Positions 36,091 to 50,910 of a stretch of 64,000 bases of DNA are shown one piece after another. Position 1 is the first letter of the stretch. Each line of letters begins with the position of its first letter. Below the pieces are notes generated by a model, which worked only from the letters and a program-made list of their open reading frames with translations, did no database searches and was not told the origin of the DNA. The stretch comes from Camelus ferus (Eukaryota), in assembly GCF_009834535.1 (NCBI RefSeq), contig NC_045696.1, positions 52,454,001 through 52,518,000 of the forward strand, given 5' to 3'. The position numbers and the translations under genes were made by a program.

Positions 36091-39000
36091 TTTATTCTCC
36101 TTTTCTCATCAGTGTGATCTGATTTTTAATTCTGCAGTGACTTTTTTAATAAACAATTTTTTTTGTGTGTCTGTTAAGTACCCCAGGAGTCCTAGTTGCA
36201 TTTACTTTTTTTCCTTGGTTCTATTTGCATTAGACTGACTTGCCTCACTTATTTGGCTACTCTCTGCCTAACATTCCTGATATGTCCATTCCAGACAGTG
36301 GCCTTGAATGCTCTGCTGGGTGAATGAAATATAGCTTGTGGTGTGAGACTGAGCTGCCAATAAACGGAGGGGCACTTTGCTGACCCCATGGGTTTTAAGA
36401 AAAGGAAAATAAAAAAGGAGTCAACAGGACTTTACAGTCTACATTTAACATTTCTATTCTGCCAAAGTCAAGGGTGGCATCTTATCATCCTTTTAAGCTT
36501 ACCTAGCAATGTGCTTATAATAAGGCAACAGTTCTGAACAGCTGGTATGTTCCATTTCACAAGTGACTAAATCTAATAATTCTGCATAGCAGTTGTTGGT
36601 ATAAATATTTTATCCTTGCAAGTAAATGCCAATTGGCAAAGGGTATAAATTGTCTGATTTCTTTTCTCCTCATGGAACTCAGCGTGGTGCATTGTACTCA
36701 GTAAGTGCTGGATAAATGCTTGACGAACAGGTGACTGTGGTGTCAGCTTGCAGAATGATAACATATTTTACTCTGATTTATTTTCCTTTGAGTTGTTTGA
36801 AACTTTTTCCTTCATTCGAGTTGCATTGCTTTCTAAAGAAAACTTCTCCCTCCATCTTTACTTAATTAACAGCCCTTCCAGTACTTTTTTTTCTTTCTCT
36901 GTGACAGTTTCCCACTATTGTCTGTTTGCAGCTGTTACATGGTTGAGGAACTGAGTAGACATGCTAATGAGAGCCTGGTGTGTAGGAGGAGCACCTCTAA
37001 ATTCTCCTGGACTGGCCATGCAGCCTATTCCTACTTACTCTTTCTAAAATAAGCCTCTAGTTGGCACTAGGGGATGGGTTATTTCCAGTTTCTTTCTGTG
37101 GAGGAAGTGCTTGCTTGGACTATCTATCTGTGTTTCTATTTAAGCACAAATAAACATGTTGCTGCTCCCACACTCCTTAGGTCTACACCACACTCCAAAT
37201 TGCCTGATCCAACCGTGCTCACAAACGCATCCAGATGACTAGAAACCAGCTGTGATTTCTGTGTTTATTTCAATTAATCAGTTAATCTGGCAAATTATCT
37301 TGAGGGTTTTTGTTTGTTTGTTTGTTTGCCCACATCCAGTCTCTCCCTATGTTGGTCTTAGATGTATTCTCTAGAAAACTGGGTCATTATGTCACTGAAT
37401 GCAGTTGATCTTTGTAATTGTCTTTAGAACTCTTGTGGCTGAAATTGAACAACACTGTCAAGGAATTTTGAGCACTTCATTGTTTATTTATTCTTTCCAG
37501 GAGCTTTGAGGAAATGATACTGATAGCCCCCTTTCCAAAACAGGTTACATAGGTGTCTGAATTTCCTAGCATCTAGGAGGACGATCTGTAGTACTAATCT
37601 GAGATTCTCATTCTGAGTCATGTATTTCAGCCAGTAGGCTGGAATTAAGGTAGTTAATCCCCTTTCGGTACGTTTTGCAGCTGTTAGGATTCCATGACCT
37701 TTACGCAGAGATGCAGACAATCTCACTGATCAGAGAGCAAGCTGGAGGGGATACATTGGAAGCCTGGAGAGATGGCAGGCTTTGAACAAGGCACACGGTG
37801 GTTGCCAGCTGTCCTGTTAATGAAGACAGGGTCTCAATGATAAAGATGCTTTTAGCTTTCCTTTCTGTCCTAAGACTATTTTTTTACTCATGGGGCTTCT
37901 AAGGTGGCTTTATTTTATTTTTATTTTTGAAAAGAAGAGCCTGAAGTGGTCATGCTTAGGGAAGTGGCCATCATTAAAGACTTAAAACAGCAGGTTAAGT
38001 TTTTTCATTTGGGGGACCCTTTGGAACATAGCCACTGTGTCCATTAAAATCAGGAAACCATATAGAAGAAGCTGGAGCTGCGAGATTTCTTTGACGAAGC
38101 CTTTATCCCGCTGCCCACCAAGCATAGAAGGGAACTATAGAAAAACGTAAACACCTCTGCAATTTTTCTTTCAGGGAAAGAAAAATCTTTCTCTGAGTAG
38201 GTAGGAATAAGGGGTAGACAAGGTTAGATTGTGCGTTCTTGTGCAGGGGACTTGTCTTAGTCATCTTTGTATCCTGCATCTTCACCAGCTTGTTCTCATT
38301 CCTACTTCTCCAGGACATGGATGAATAAATCTTGGACATTTTCCCAAAGTAATCTTATCTGTTTTCATATATTCATATATAATGGTCTGCATTCAATTTG
38401 AAATGAGCACCAATTTTATTTTCATGTGCCAGAAGCTGTTGACTTCCTCAGAGCCTCAAAACACAGCACCATAATTCATCCCCTGAATTCTATCCTGTGG
38501 CTCCGTTGTACCACTTATACTGCTCTAAATAAGTATTCAGGTTAAATTGCTGGTGGGCGTTTATCACTTTACTTATCATTTGTCTCAGCTTAGGGAGTTT
38601 TTTATTGAAAGAGTCAACATAAAAAATAACTCTCACAGCTGGAGAAGTTGAGAGTATGTGATGAGATAATCAGACTAATTGGCCAGGTCTGGTGATCAGT
38701 AGGTAACCCAATAATTTTGACATGGAAAACAAACAAGAGATTGAATGGAGTAGGTTGATTTTTCCAACTAAGAAGAAAACATCCCTTTAAGATGGGGAGA
38801 CTGTTCTGGCTAGAGATACTAGGATATTTTAATTTCTTTGTATTACGTATTGATATTACTCACAGAAACTAGGTACAGGTGGCTGGCTGAGTAAGAATCG
38901 CTGTCTGTTTATGATTCAGGCTAATGTGGAGAAAATATAGAGGGAGAAGACTTGAGAATATGTATCAGATCAGCTTATAGTGGACATTTGTTTTTAATTC

Positions 39001-39145
39001 AATGAAAGTGTGAATACAGTGGCACTGCTATCACCAACAATAAAATGAAGGCAGAAATATCAACAAACCTCATCCATTCTCTTGATACCATGTCTCTTTG
39101 TGGTCCAGTGTCTCTCCAATCTGTTATCAAAACTAGAAGTCATAG

Positions 39146-39492
39146 CAGTGGTTTTCCCTGTGTGGTCCCACCTACCAGCAGCATCAGCATGCCCTGGGAT
39201 CTTCTAAGAAGTGTAAATTCCCAGGCCCCACTTTGGACTTACTGAATCAGACATTCTGGGGCTGGGGTCTGGAAATCTGTTTTAGCAAGTTCCCTGGGTG
39301 ATCCTAATGCACACTAATATTTGAGAACCACTGGTCTACAACCTTGCTACTCAGAATATGGTTTACAGACCAGCAGCCAGGGAATCACTAAGAATTTGTA
39401 AGAATAAAGGATCTTGAGCCACTTCTCACAGTCTGCATTTTTAAGCAATCCTCAGGTGATTAGGGTGGCCATTAAAATTTGTAAAGCTCTGG
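39146..39492. mobile_element. Two adjacent MER5A/B MITEs
   Basis: CAGTGGTT...AACCACTG TIRs at 39146-39333; second copy has accagcagc...tctgcatttt...caggtgatt. Confidence 0.85.
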
Positions 39493-39559
39493 TCATTTTC
39501 CTTACTTTCCTCTTCTTTAATGAAGAACCAAAATGTGTATTCTGATACTTAGAATAAAG

Positions 39560-39945
39560 GCTTCATTTCTGACTCTGCTTTGCAACTAGGTCTAGTAATG
39601 TGTCTGAGTTTTGGCCACTGAAATGTAGGTGGAAGTCTTCCAGGAAGTCTTCTCTAAAAACAGGAAGCATGAACCATTCTTGTCCTTTCTCCATTCTTCT
39701 GCTTATAACATGGAGGTGATTCAGGTGCCAGCATCCAGCTTTGATCATGAGAAATAAGGTCCACATCAAGGATGACACAGTCTAGGGAGATGGAAGGAGC
39801 ACGGTCCATGATGGCAGTGGAGCCAGTCTTAAACTGACTTCTATTGTGTATGAGAGAAGTAAACTTCCCTCTTTATAAGTATTTAGTTTTTAGGTCTCTG
39901 TTCTGTTTAGGTCTCTGAACTTTATCTTCAGTGATTTATATAACC
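39560..39945 (+). mobile_element. Old MLT1 (J/K-like) LTR
   Basis: gagttttggccactgaaatgtaggtggaagt, gatggaaggagc, gagagaagtaaact. Confidence 0.65.
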
Positions 39946-40635
39946 CATAACTAGTTATCATCAAGACTTATACTGTTACTTTCATTCTGGACTGTTCTGT
40001 CTCACTTTGACTAGAAGGCACATTTTTAGTTATCCTTCAAGATGCAGCTTGAGGCTCTAATCCCCTAATCCATGGGTGACATTTTAATTGGGCATCCCAT
40101 GAAACAAAAACTAAGAGCATGAAACTCAAATTTAGGTATGCTAATTTACATATTCAAAATTATATGCTTGTATTATTGTATTTATATTACACATGTACAT
40201 TACAAAACCTGCACAGAATTATAAATAAAAAAATTAGAAATTTTCAAGTGTCATTTTCACTCTGATGAACTGGCTTGTGTCTCCTGGGGTAAGAGCACTG
40301 AATTTGGGAGACCAGTTACCATAATCTGCAATGTTTTCTATGATGATCTCCACCAAAGCAGAACTGATAATGCTCTCTTTTGTATCTCCATAATTTTATA
40401 TTATTTGTTGACCTGTTTCTCCTTTTATTTTATGAGATCCTTTAATCAGCGACTGAATCCTATTCATTTTTGCATTACTACCAGCTATTGTTTGGCTAGT
40501 ATTCACTTACTTTTACTGCATTCAATCAATGCCAATCAATATTTATTGAATGTCTGCTATATACTAAGCATTGTTCTAAGTGCTGGTGACTGGGCAGCAA
40601 ATTAATCAAGGTTCCTGACCTGACTTACCTTACAT

Positions 40636-40639
<4 letters not shown>

Positions 40640-40676
<37 letters not shown>
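40640..40676. repeat. (GT)n microsatellite within an L2 (-) fragment
   Basis: Direct reading; L2 tail at 40520-40600. Confidence 0.95.
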
Positions 40677-40679
<3 letters not shown>

Positions 40680-40999
40680 GGGAGACATAGACAATGAACA
40701 AACACATAAATGTAAATGAAATTCTAGGTGTGATGAGTTCAAAGAAGAAAAATAGTGACATCATTTGGAAGTAGACCTAAGCTGAGGTCCTAAACAATTG
40801 CCTCTTTCTGTTAACCCAGTCACTTGAGACATCAAACAACTGTGTTCTGTCCATATGGTTTATTAATCCACCTTCCTATGCCAGCAAAAAGTGTGGATTC
40901 TTATCAATATGATAAACCATGTGGAGAGAAGGGTTTGTAGAATGCTGGCTTTCCCTCCCCCTGTTGTTTCACTTCTTCTACTAGAAAACTAGGGCTATT

Positions 41000-43710
41000 T
41001 AGTTCTACAATTGCCTACATTAATCACTATTTACTTGACACTTACCCTGTTCTATTGCTAAGAAGTCCCTCCAGCCTACCTTCTGACCCCGCTCCTCTAA
41101 TGTTTGTTCTGGACCTAGCCCTGCACGTGAATCATTCTCCCTAATACCTGCATCTCTATGCCATTCAGTCTGACATCTAAAGGGCCCCCTTATGTTCTAT
41201 CCATCCCTCAACCAGTTCCTTCCTCTCTGTCTTATGATTGTGGATAAACTTCCCTTTGTCTTCAATCTTTCCTTCAAAGATTTGGCCAATCTTTTGGCAT
41301 TTTCTTCAGGAACACCATTTCTCTCCCAACCCTCTCCAATGAAGCCAGTTCCGTTTTTAACTCCCCTGTCTCTCATGACCAGAAAAAGTGGTCAGTATGT
41401 CCTTATTTCTCGTGGTTACTTTTAGACTACTCTCCCATGATAACATCTTCATTGAGGTTCTTCCATTTGATCATGCTACCTACCTTCTTTATTTCCTTGT
41501 TACAAAAATTGACTGATATTATGGAAACCCTTCCACCTCCAAATTCAATGTGTGAATCGTAATTATTATTTATGTACCTGTTCATATTTTTTTGACTAGC
41601 ACATTTCTTGTGACTTAATACTCTGTTAAGACTTAGCCATCCATGTGGTGGGGACATTATTAATAAATACCCTGGTGCAGTTCTTCTTTAATTTCTTCAC
41701 CTCTTGTTACCTCACGCAAAATGGCCCCACTCGTGATCTTGAGCTCCAGATTCCCTACTCTACAACTTTGTGTCCTTTTTTTAACCCTCTCTCATTCCCA
41801 TGAGCTGCTGTTTGTCCTTACGACCTTCAGGTCCTCAACTCCACCTACTCCAAGCTCTGCTCCAGCCTCATATGCCTTCTTCTCCAGCCTATTATGTATT
41901 GTAGATCATTTCAATTATGCAGCTGCTACCATTATAGAATCTCTTATCTCCTACATTTTATGACATTTATAATTACTTTTTTCTCCTATTTTTTTCACTC
42001 ACTCACTCACAGCAGATGACTTCCTCCTCAGTATGTATTTTACCATCCTCCTGCCCTTTTGTTTCCATTTCTGAGATGCTGGTCTTCTTCCCTCCTGAAA
42101 CCATTGGATCTAATCCTAGGCCTCCTGACTCAAGATGGTGTCATGGTGTCATGGAGAAAGCATGGCCTTTGGCCCTTGCCCCCAAGGGACAGAATTTCAG
42201 GCCTATTGTGAATATAGATATATGTTCTGGAACAGCTTGTTTAACCTCCTGGGACTTTAGATTTTCATCTGTAATGAAAAATAGTAATCGCATCTTTCTC
42301 ATAGTGTTGATATGAGAACTAAATGATGAAACATAAATGTATCTTGAATAATGCTGGAACAAAGTAGGTACAGAATAAATGTTAGTTTATCCCTTTCCCT
42401 CGGTGCTGTGTTAAGAATTCCTACCCTGCTTTCATTTTTTACATAAGTTCTCTAACTCTTTTTCCTTTGTGTATACGTGTACTTATACCTGCCCTACTCT
42501 AAACAAGCTTTTCTCAACCACTAAGTAGTAAATCCCATGGTCTTTTCTTAGTTGTAAGCTTCCTTAATCTCAAGGTTATACCTGATACTATTGATTGTAC
42601 TTTTTTCCTGAAACTCACCTCCATTAGTTTCCATAAGTAAATTGCTATCCTACCTCTAACTCCTTCTTACATCTTAATTTCTCTGATTCTTTTTCTTGCT
42701 GCTCCTAACAAAACAAAACAAAACAAAATCCCCCTAAGATAAGACCCCTGCTTTCTAGCCTTTTCTTTTTACAATTTTTTCCCCAATGTTTTGATTCCCT
42801 CCCATGGCCACAGTTCTCACCTTTGAACTGATTTCTTCTACCAAATTTCCCCCAAGGTCCAATCCCAGATTTCCACCTACTCATCTCCACCTGCCTGTCC
42901 TTGAGATACTTTCATATTTATAAAGCTGAACTCTTCATTTACTCTTCTTAACAACTTTCTCTAAAATGTCCCATTATTTTCTAAAATAATCTTTTACACT
43001 TTTCTTTATCTTGCCTCACATCTAATCAGTTGCCAGCACCCATTAATTATACCATCACAAGTTTGTGTTTCTCTTCAGAAATTATTGATCCCAATACCAT
43101 CACTCTACTTCAGACTTTCATTACCTCTCCTCTGTAACTTAGAAGTATATTCCTAGCCAGTCTCCCATCTTACGTCTACTTCCTCCATCTATACTAGATA
43201 CACTTAGAGACATTTCCCAATTCAAAACACTTCAGTGGCTTCTGTTGCTTTCCAGCATTCCAGGTTCTTCATAAAGTTGGCCTGGCCTATCTGACACTAA
43301 CTCATTTATCACTCTTTACTCCTAATGACCTGCATTTCAACTAAAGTGGAGTATTTACCCTTCTCCAAATGTACCTTACCTCTTTTTGTCTTCATTTATA
43401 TGTTTACAGTGTGCCTTTGGTTTGAAATAACTTCTGGTTCTCTCTCTACAGTTTGAAATCTTACCTGCTTTCAAGACTCATTTCAAATCACTCCTCCTTC
43501 TTGAAATTATTTATACACTATACTACTCTTAATTTTGAGATTTTTTTTCCTTTGAGAAAGAAATTCAATTCTTCATATTATAGTTATTTTTACACTTATC
43601 TACTGTACACATAGTATGTTGTCTAAGAGTTAAACAGTGTTTTACTCATCTTTTTCTCCCACTTTGGCTTAACAGATTATCTTGGTAATAATATTTATAC
43701 CACAACTATT
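41000..43710 (+). mobile_element. Long, highly degraded L2 (pyrimidine-rich), with a MIR at ~42135-42390
   Basis: L2 motifs (aagctgaactc, acatctaatcagttgcc, cttcagtggctt) and a tatttgttgaattga tail. Confidence 0.55.
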
Positions 43711-44214
43711 TGTTGAATTGACTTAAATTGAAAGTACACATTACTTTATTACATGCAAATCAAAACTCTGATTTAAGGAAAAAAAGAGATGCTAAATTAT
43801 TGATTGTTTAGGCTTTTTTAATATCAAATAATATAGAAATCCACAAAAAATTAGTCTGTAAACACAAAGATAAAGCTGACCAAGAGTGGACAATCAGGTA
43901 ACAGACAGTAGCACAAGAGAAAGAGAGTAACTATTTAGGACGTGATTTCTAAAGGATTGTCATGAAGCAAAAAAGTCACCTGATTTCGTAAACTGGCTTC
44001 ATTTTGTAGAGGATTCAGTTTAGCATTTGAGAGACAAATTATTTGCTTGGCCTCTTACAGTCATTTCCAGGTAAGTGACAGTTATAAAAATAGTAACCTT
44101 TAAAGTCTGTGCTACTAAACATATACACAAAGGCTAAACAGTTACATGTCATTACTGCCTAGCCCTGCATGAATTTGACAGTGTGTGTTCATGTTTGTGC
44201 CTCAGTTCATTCAT

Positions 44215-44472
44215 TTATAAATGTCACCTCCTTAGAGAGGCCCTCCCTGACTCCGCTACCTAAAGAACAAGTTCCTATCATGTGACTGTCAGTCCCTTTA
44301 CCTTCCTTTGTCCTTCGTTACACCTGTGTGACCCATCTGTCTTCCTCACTGGAATGTAACCAGCATGGGGGTAGGGGCTTTGCTGTTTTATTGTCAGCAG
44401 TCTGTCCACTCTAGTCTAGAGGAGACTGCTACATGGTGAGAGTTCAGAACAGAAATATTTTTTGAATAAATA
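44215..44472 (+). mobile_element. L2 3' end
   Basis: aaatgtcacctccttagagaggccctccctgac...aaatattttttgaataaat. Confidence 0.75.
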
Positions 44473-45109
44473 GAAGTGCCAAAAATAATTGACTCTTCTG
44501 TGACATGTTTGTTACAACCCCCAGTTCTTTGATAGGATATTATTGGTACCCCTCAGATTTTGCTCACCTGGGCAATATAATTGTAAAGCTCTCTAATCCT
44601 TTCTAGAAATCCTCTTTCATAAATTGGCCAGCGTACTCTTTCTCTTTCTGTGATTTATCTTGCTTATTACATGAGAGAAGTTGGCCCAAATTTTCCCAGT
44701 GAGTGAAAATAGGTTTCTAATTCAGGTTTTCACTCCTTACCCTTTCCTTTTAATTCACGGTCATTCTTGTTCCTAGCTGGTCCCTGTTGACCTACCCAGA
44801 ATCATTACTGGGAACCAGAAGATGGTCTGTAATTGAATTGGTATCACTGCTGTCACCATCAATTTGTGTAGGAAAAAAGGCTGAGGAAACACAAAGGCAG
44901 AAACTATAATTGAATTTGGTTACTCCAAAGGTAAAACACAGTTGCAATTTTCAGAGCATGGCAGGTCAGATGGTGAATGGGTAGGGGCTGTGTGAGATGG
45001 ATTATCCCTGGGGGATATGAAAACCAAAGAAATGGACTTCAGCCAAAGTGGATAGTCAGAAGTCACTAAACCCACAGCTTTCTCAAGGTCAGTTCTTTTT
45101 CTGGGCATG

Positions 45110-45330
45110 TAAGTACAGTGAACGCTGGATTATGAGGTGAAGGGGGGATCAGAAGATGTGGGTTCTAGTACCAGTTTCTTTAGTGGAGGTAAAACAATAA
45201 GCAAATTATTTAATTGCCCTGGGACACAGTCATCTCACTTATAATATTGGGACAATAACATAATTCCTGCCTCTCAGGGATGCTAGGAGGACCAAATAGC
45301 ATGGTATCTTTGCTTTTGAATAGTGCTTCA
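45110..45330 (+). mobile_element. MIR
   Basis: cagaagatgtgggttctagt...gcaaattatttaa...cctgcctctcaggga. Confidence 0.6.
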
Positions 45331-46026
45331 TGCTGTTTGGAAGCTGTCTTATTATGATTACATGATCAGTGCCTTATTTCTACAGTGACTAATCATTTCC
45401 GTTAGCTTTTCATCCATTACAGAAAGCATACCACAGAGAATTGGTTTGCTCAAATTATATTTATTTAACTTTCAACCTCCCATTAATATATATTATCATG
45501 GCTAGGAATTTAGCAGCCTGCAAGCCAGGAAATATGGAAGTGATAATCTGCATAGCATGCTTACGTTTCAGCACTTCTCTTGTCACCATGAGGGATAGTG
45601 TTTACTCTGATAATATTTTATCAATGTCATCCACTTACTCTATTGCCTGGACAATTATTTTTGTGACTTACACTTTTGAGGGGACCATGTGACTAGATAT
45701 TACACCTATTATGGATCAGTTTATGATCCTTCTCTCTTCAACCCAGAATTTTCCTCTACTGCTATTTTTGCTGCTTTAAACTTTACTGCATTTGATGATA
45801 TTCTAGAGCTCATTTAATGTCCTACTCTAATTCTGGCCCCAGTAAGTCATTTAACAGGAAGAGTGTGAACTGCTTAAATTTTGTTTCCCTGATTCATATG
45901 TCTTCAAAAATGTGTAAAAGGTAACCGACAGGCCAAAGTTTATTTCCTTTTGTATCACCTGTTGCTCTCAGAAATATTGGCAACCAGATATAAAGTTAAA
46001 AGTCTGAAATCCCAACGAGGGTCTAG

Positions 46027-46160
46027 AAATTGATCATCTATTAAGGACAGGTCACCATACAACCCAGTGTGCCCAAAGGGTTCTGGTTTATACCTGCTGT
46101 CTAGGAATAATTATTAATTGTACACCCTTGTCATCCACAAAATGTCTTATTTTAAGCAAT
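46027..46160 (-). mobile_element. MER94-like hAT-Blackjack MITE
   Basis: ggtttatacctgctgtc...taattattaat and a terminal ...caccctA. Confidence 0.65.
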
Positions 46161-49100
46161 AAATAACATGACCACCCTACCAAGGGCAATCTTTCCAAAG
46201 CACCTTCCAACTCTTAGAACCATGAGTTATTAGAGCAAGAAGAATCTTTAGGGTCACCTGCCATTCTCTAACCATGTGTACTCTGAGTAAAGCTTCAAGA
46301 AGTCTGATCAATCAGATAACTTAAAAATTAGCCACATAACTTTTGATGAACCCAGTGTTTTCCCTGACATTGAGTGTTAGCTCTAAAATGCTGGCACTGA
46401 TCTAGAACCTACATGGTCTCTCTCTCTCTCTCTCTGGTCCTTATTGATATTTTCTAATTACAAAATTAGTACATAATATTTAAAAATGGAAAACATTATG
46501 AACCGTGTAATAATTAGAAAGGAAAAGTGCCCCCATAACTCTATTCTCTAGATATAGCCAATATTAAATATATTTGACATATATTTATGGTTCTGAGAAG
46601 CATTTTGTTCTTGTGCTAAAGATCTAAGGAAAGATGTCTTACAGAATAGTTTTAGAAATCTTCTAAAAGGCGATTCGAGTAATACTGAGTGATCCAGAGG
46701 CTGATGATTCTTAAAATTGATTTTTATAGAAATCAGTTTTATCTAAAGGCACATGAAATAGAAATGGGGGTAGGAGAGCTTTATTTCTCCCCTTTATGCC
46801 TCCATGTCTTTGCATTGGAACCTGTCATTTGATTGTGCAAAAGTCCACTGATGAAAGGTAGTATGCTATGTTTTGGCTGATTCAACATAGTGTGAATTAC
46901 CTGCTAGTTAGTTTAGATCGTGACTCTTGGACTGGAACACTAATGGTCGTCTTTGGCTCCTATGGCTATCTTTAGTTGCAGTGATTTACCTGAACTGATC
47001 AATGGTGATGGGAGGCAGATGTCCTGAGAGTCCCCATTTCTCAGGATGAACTGTCATGGTGGACAATCTATCCATTGTGCATAGAATGTGGTTTGGGTAC
47101 CAAAAGCACATGTCTAAAATTAAATTCTGGACTTCATGTTATAATGAAACCAATGCCATAGAACTAATTAGCAAATATGGGTCCTAAACTTGCCTATGTA
47201 GCTTTTGCCACTAATAATGTGACAGTGAGAGAAAAGAAATAAAATGGCAAAATGGATAAATAATTCTGTCATACTTATCTCAGTTACTGCAAGAAGCCAA
47301 GAGGAACACAAAAACATTTTGAAGAATGTAAAGCGTTACTCAAATGTTAAGCTTAAAATAATTGTTTATTATACTTGCTTCAAGGTATTTAAGTGGATAT
47401 TCTGGATACTTCTGTTATTAAATTCTGCCTAAGTAAAGTGAGGCCCTTTATCGCAGCCTATGCTGTTTTGGCCACATTGGGTGGGTACAGTTAAGGTGTA
47501 TCTTACAGCTCTAGGATATCCCAAGCAGAGTCCTTTTAATACTGGTCCCTCCAGTTTTATGATCAGATAGACATTTGGTCTGGTATAGAAAATGTTTAAT
47601 CTCTTGGATTGAATAATCAGGGAATCAAGTTATACCACTTAATTCTTTATCAAATGAGTTTTGGATTAAAAAATCATCCTAAATTGTTCCTCACATTAAA
47701 TTAATCCAAAAGTAGGATTCTTGATGCTTCTGTACTCCTTCCCTCTCCTCTTACAATTTCTGAATTGCTCATTTTCTAATGCTAAGGGCTCACACTCCCC
47801 TCGGGTGCCTGACTTCTGCTTTATTTCAAGCCCACCTGTGTTCTGAGCTTTACTGTCAGGGGTCTGCTGCTAATTCTGTGCTGACACTATCTTTTGAGCT
47901 CCTCAGAGGTGTGTTATTAATGCTAACAATAAAAAATGCTTTCATGCAAAGTACATTTCTGGAACCTGGTAACGTTACGAAAACAAAAATAATAACAAGG
48001 CTGATGATATTTCTATGATTATCCAGTTCCACCTGGCTTGGGTTTGATAGCCTGTTTGATAATCCACAGCAGTAACAACCATAATAGAAGATGGAGGTGT
48101 ATGAGAAAATCGTAGTGTGTAGGATTACGCCAGCTGGTCCTAGCCCAGCTCCTTCTGCTAGTCAAATCGGTGATGCAATCTTCTCCATTTCCCCCGAGTC
48201 ACCTCTCTCCAGAATGACAGAGAATACGTTTGATGCTTCTTACCCTGCCCAGATCCACGACCTCCTACCCCTTTGAATAATCACTGCTGTTAAGGAACCC
48301 AGTGACCCCTTGGCATTCAGCCCCAGCCCAGTAGCCTGTTCTATCATTTTTTTTCCCCTTACTGAATTGAATTGCAAATCGAGCCATGCCTCAGTGAAAG
48401 CACTTATATTTCTGATCTGCATCCTGATTCCCCTTCTCCTCAGGGACAGCAAAAACCCTGAGGAAATGTAGTCAGCCTCAGTTAAGCCAACCCTCTGATC
48501 AGATTAGCTCCTCACTTAATAAGTCTTGAGGTAGGCAGCCCAGCTGCGCTCCATCCCATTTCACATAAGCGGAAGGCTCAATGGCTGAAGACCCTTATTC
48601 TGTAGAGTGGGGCCTATCAATGGTTTCTCCAGTTTTATCATGACAGTTGGAGTAAAAGGCATATTTGCAAGTTCCAATAGGGAGATAAACCATAAGAAGA
48701 AAGAGCTGAAAAGTGTTACCTAGGGGAGGTGAGAAAGGTATGGACTAATAAAACTTTAGAACTTATTTACTCCTTTTAAGCATTTAGCCCAAACAAAACA
48801 TGATTCTTCTGATAGCGTGAGATCCCAATCCTTTCACCTCTTCAGCCCTCTGGCTTCTTTTCCTAATATGTAAAAAGTGTTGAAATGACACAAGATAACT
48901 CTGAAAGACCCTTTCTGCTCTGAACTCCCATGAGATCCTCAAGCCCTGTGTTTTTATGGACAAGATGTTTTGAGAAAAGAATGAGACCTCAACATTGTTC
49001 ATTCATTTAACTACTCATGCATTTGGCAAACATTAATTCAGTACTGATCACAGGCAGGCACTCAGGTAAGTAACCACAGACCTCATGGCAAAGACTCACA

Positions 49101-49734
49101 ATTTAGTGGAGAACAGGGCCATAAAGTATAATCTTAATCCAGTGTGATCAATACAAAGTCAAGACCATACAGGATATTATGGGTGTGCCAAAGAGAGACT
49201 GTAACATCTATTACAGAAAGAAAAATTGCCATGCCCTATTTACAAGTTAAGAAGAACCATAGGAGTCTGCACTTTTCTTATCTCTCCCTTGGCGCCCTCA
49301 TTTTTCATCCTCCAGGCCTGCTGTGTGTCTTATCTCAGGGTCTGAAATATGATCATTTTGCTTAGTATAAGGATGATAATTCATAGAAATGATTTGAGGC
49401 ACCTTAAAGTTTGTGTTTAACTACAGTCAGCCCTATGGGATCCCAGAACAGAGCCTGTTGAATTTGTCTTGTGTTGTCTTCCAACCCAAGCATGTTATCA
49501 AAAGTGGAGGTTGGCCCCAGACAACCTTACATATATGGTTACTTATCTTAAGGAAGAATAGGAAACCAGCAATATTTTGAAATATTAATTCATCTGTTTT
49601 TGAAAACAGCCATAAAGTGAGGCAGGAGCATTTGTTATTCAGTGCTTTGTTGCTCTGTGACTGAAGGTTGCTGTAGAGTGCTATGTTCTTCCTCAGGTTT
49701 GGACATAGGCCTTTCTCTTTCTTGGGCAGTATCA

Positions 49735-49905
49735 CTGTGCACTAGAAAAACATACTGGATCACTAGTCAGGAGCCCTAAGGTTTGGTTTTAGCTCTACCA
49801 CTAACTAGCAAAGTGACTTTGGTCAAATTATTTAAACTCAGAATCTTGCATTACATAAAGTGGTTGGATGAAATGATCCCCAAGTTTCCCTCCAGTTTTG
49901 ATAGG
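49735..49905 (+). mobile_element. MIR/MIR3
   Basis: agtcaggag...ctctaccactaactag...gtgactttggtcaaattatttaa. Confidence 0.7.
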
Positions 49906-50014
49906 ATAGTTTCTGTTTCCCTATGAATCTCTGATAGTCTCTGATCCCAAGGATATCTGTGAATGTGTGTGCTTGAGAAAATATGCTCAAAACATAAGAA
50001 GTTAGTATGAGGAT

Positions 50015-50420
50015 GTGTCACAGGTAAGGTCCCCTAGAAAGCAGGCTCTGAGGTGGAGATTATCAAGCAGATGGTTTATTGGAAGTGTATTGGGAGTGCT
50101 CTTGGGATGGATTCCAATGGAAGGAAAAGGAAGGAAGCAGGAATGAGCAGAGAGACAAATAGAGCTTTGATGCAGTCTCAATGAAAACACAGATGAGGTG
50201 AGACTTCAGAGACATCCTGATTTGGAAAGAGGCCTAGGCCTTGATACCCTTGTGTTGAGCAGTCATTGGATGCAGCCTGGCATGAAGCAGCCCTCTTTAG
50301 TCAAAGTAGTCCCCCAAAGGGCTGATAATCAAGGGCTTTCTACCAGCAGCACTTCCAGTAGCTGGAAGAATAAGTCCTTCATTCCTGAAAGGGGCAGTAC
50401 ATCACAGCATCCACCCCAGA
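50015..50420 (-). mobile_element. LTR16-like ERVL LTR
   Basis: aagcaggctctgaggtggagatt...tttattgg, gtcattggatg, gctggaagaataagtcctt. Confidence 0.7.
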
Positions 50421-50719
50421 ATGTCTGTGTGCTCTCTCTTGTGAGCATCAGTAGAATACATCTGAAAATACCTAACACCATGTCCATGCTCAATAGATGC
50501 TTATTTGTCCATCCAATCCACCCACCCACCCATCCATTTTTTTGTTAACTTTTTAAATTCTTTCACAGAGGTCATAGGACTAAAGGAGAGAATCAGTTGG
50601 TGATTCCTCTTATTAGCAAGAAGAGATTCCTGTTTAAGGAAGGAGATTGGATCTATTGATATGCTTCTAATCTGAAGCTACCTCTGTTCCATGATTCTAT
50701 ACTAGTTAACAGTAGAAAC

Positions 50720-50910
50720 AACTGAATACTGCTCTGTGGTTTGCACAGAGTTTTTGAAATATGTCATTTTATTAGATCCTCACAACTACCTTATGTGGCA
50801 GCTAAACTGGTAATCATAGTTTGTCGAGATGAAGAAACTGAGGGTAAATCTAGTAACTTGTCCCAAACCAGCGTGGGATGAAAGGAGACTTAGAATCCAG
50901 CTCTGCTGAT
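50720..50910 (-). mobile_element. MIR
   Basis: atcctcacaactacc...agatgaagaaactgagg...aacttgtccca. Confidence 0.75.

Noticed and set aside
37681..38130. Protein-looking stretches LLGFHDLYAEMQ... and KKLELRDFFDEAFIPLP...
   Set aside because: Both end in stops, lack a coherent splice pair and match no family I recognise.
46780..47110. Faint resemblance to an ancient LF-SINE-type element
   Set aside because: Only short patchy similarity from memory; an HMM search is needed before calling it.
48437..48464. 9-bp stem TCCTCAGGG/CCCTGAGGA
   Set aside because: Short enough to be expected by chance in 64 kb.
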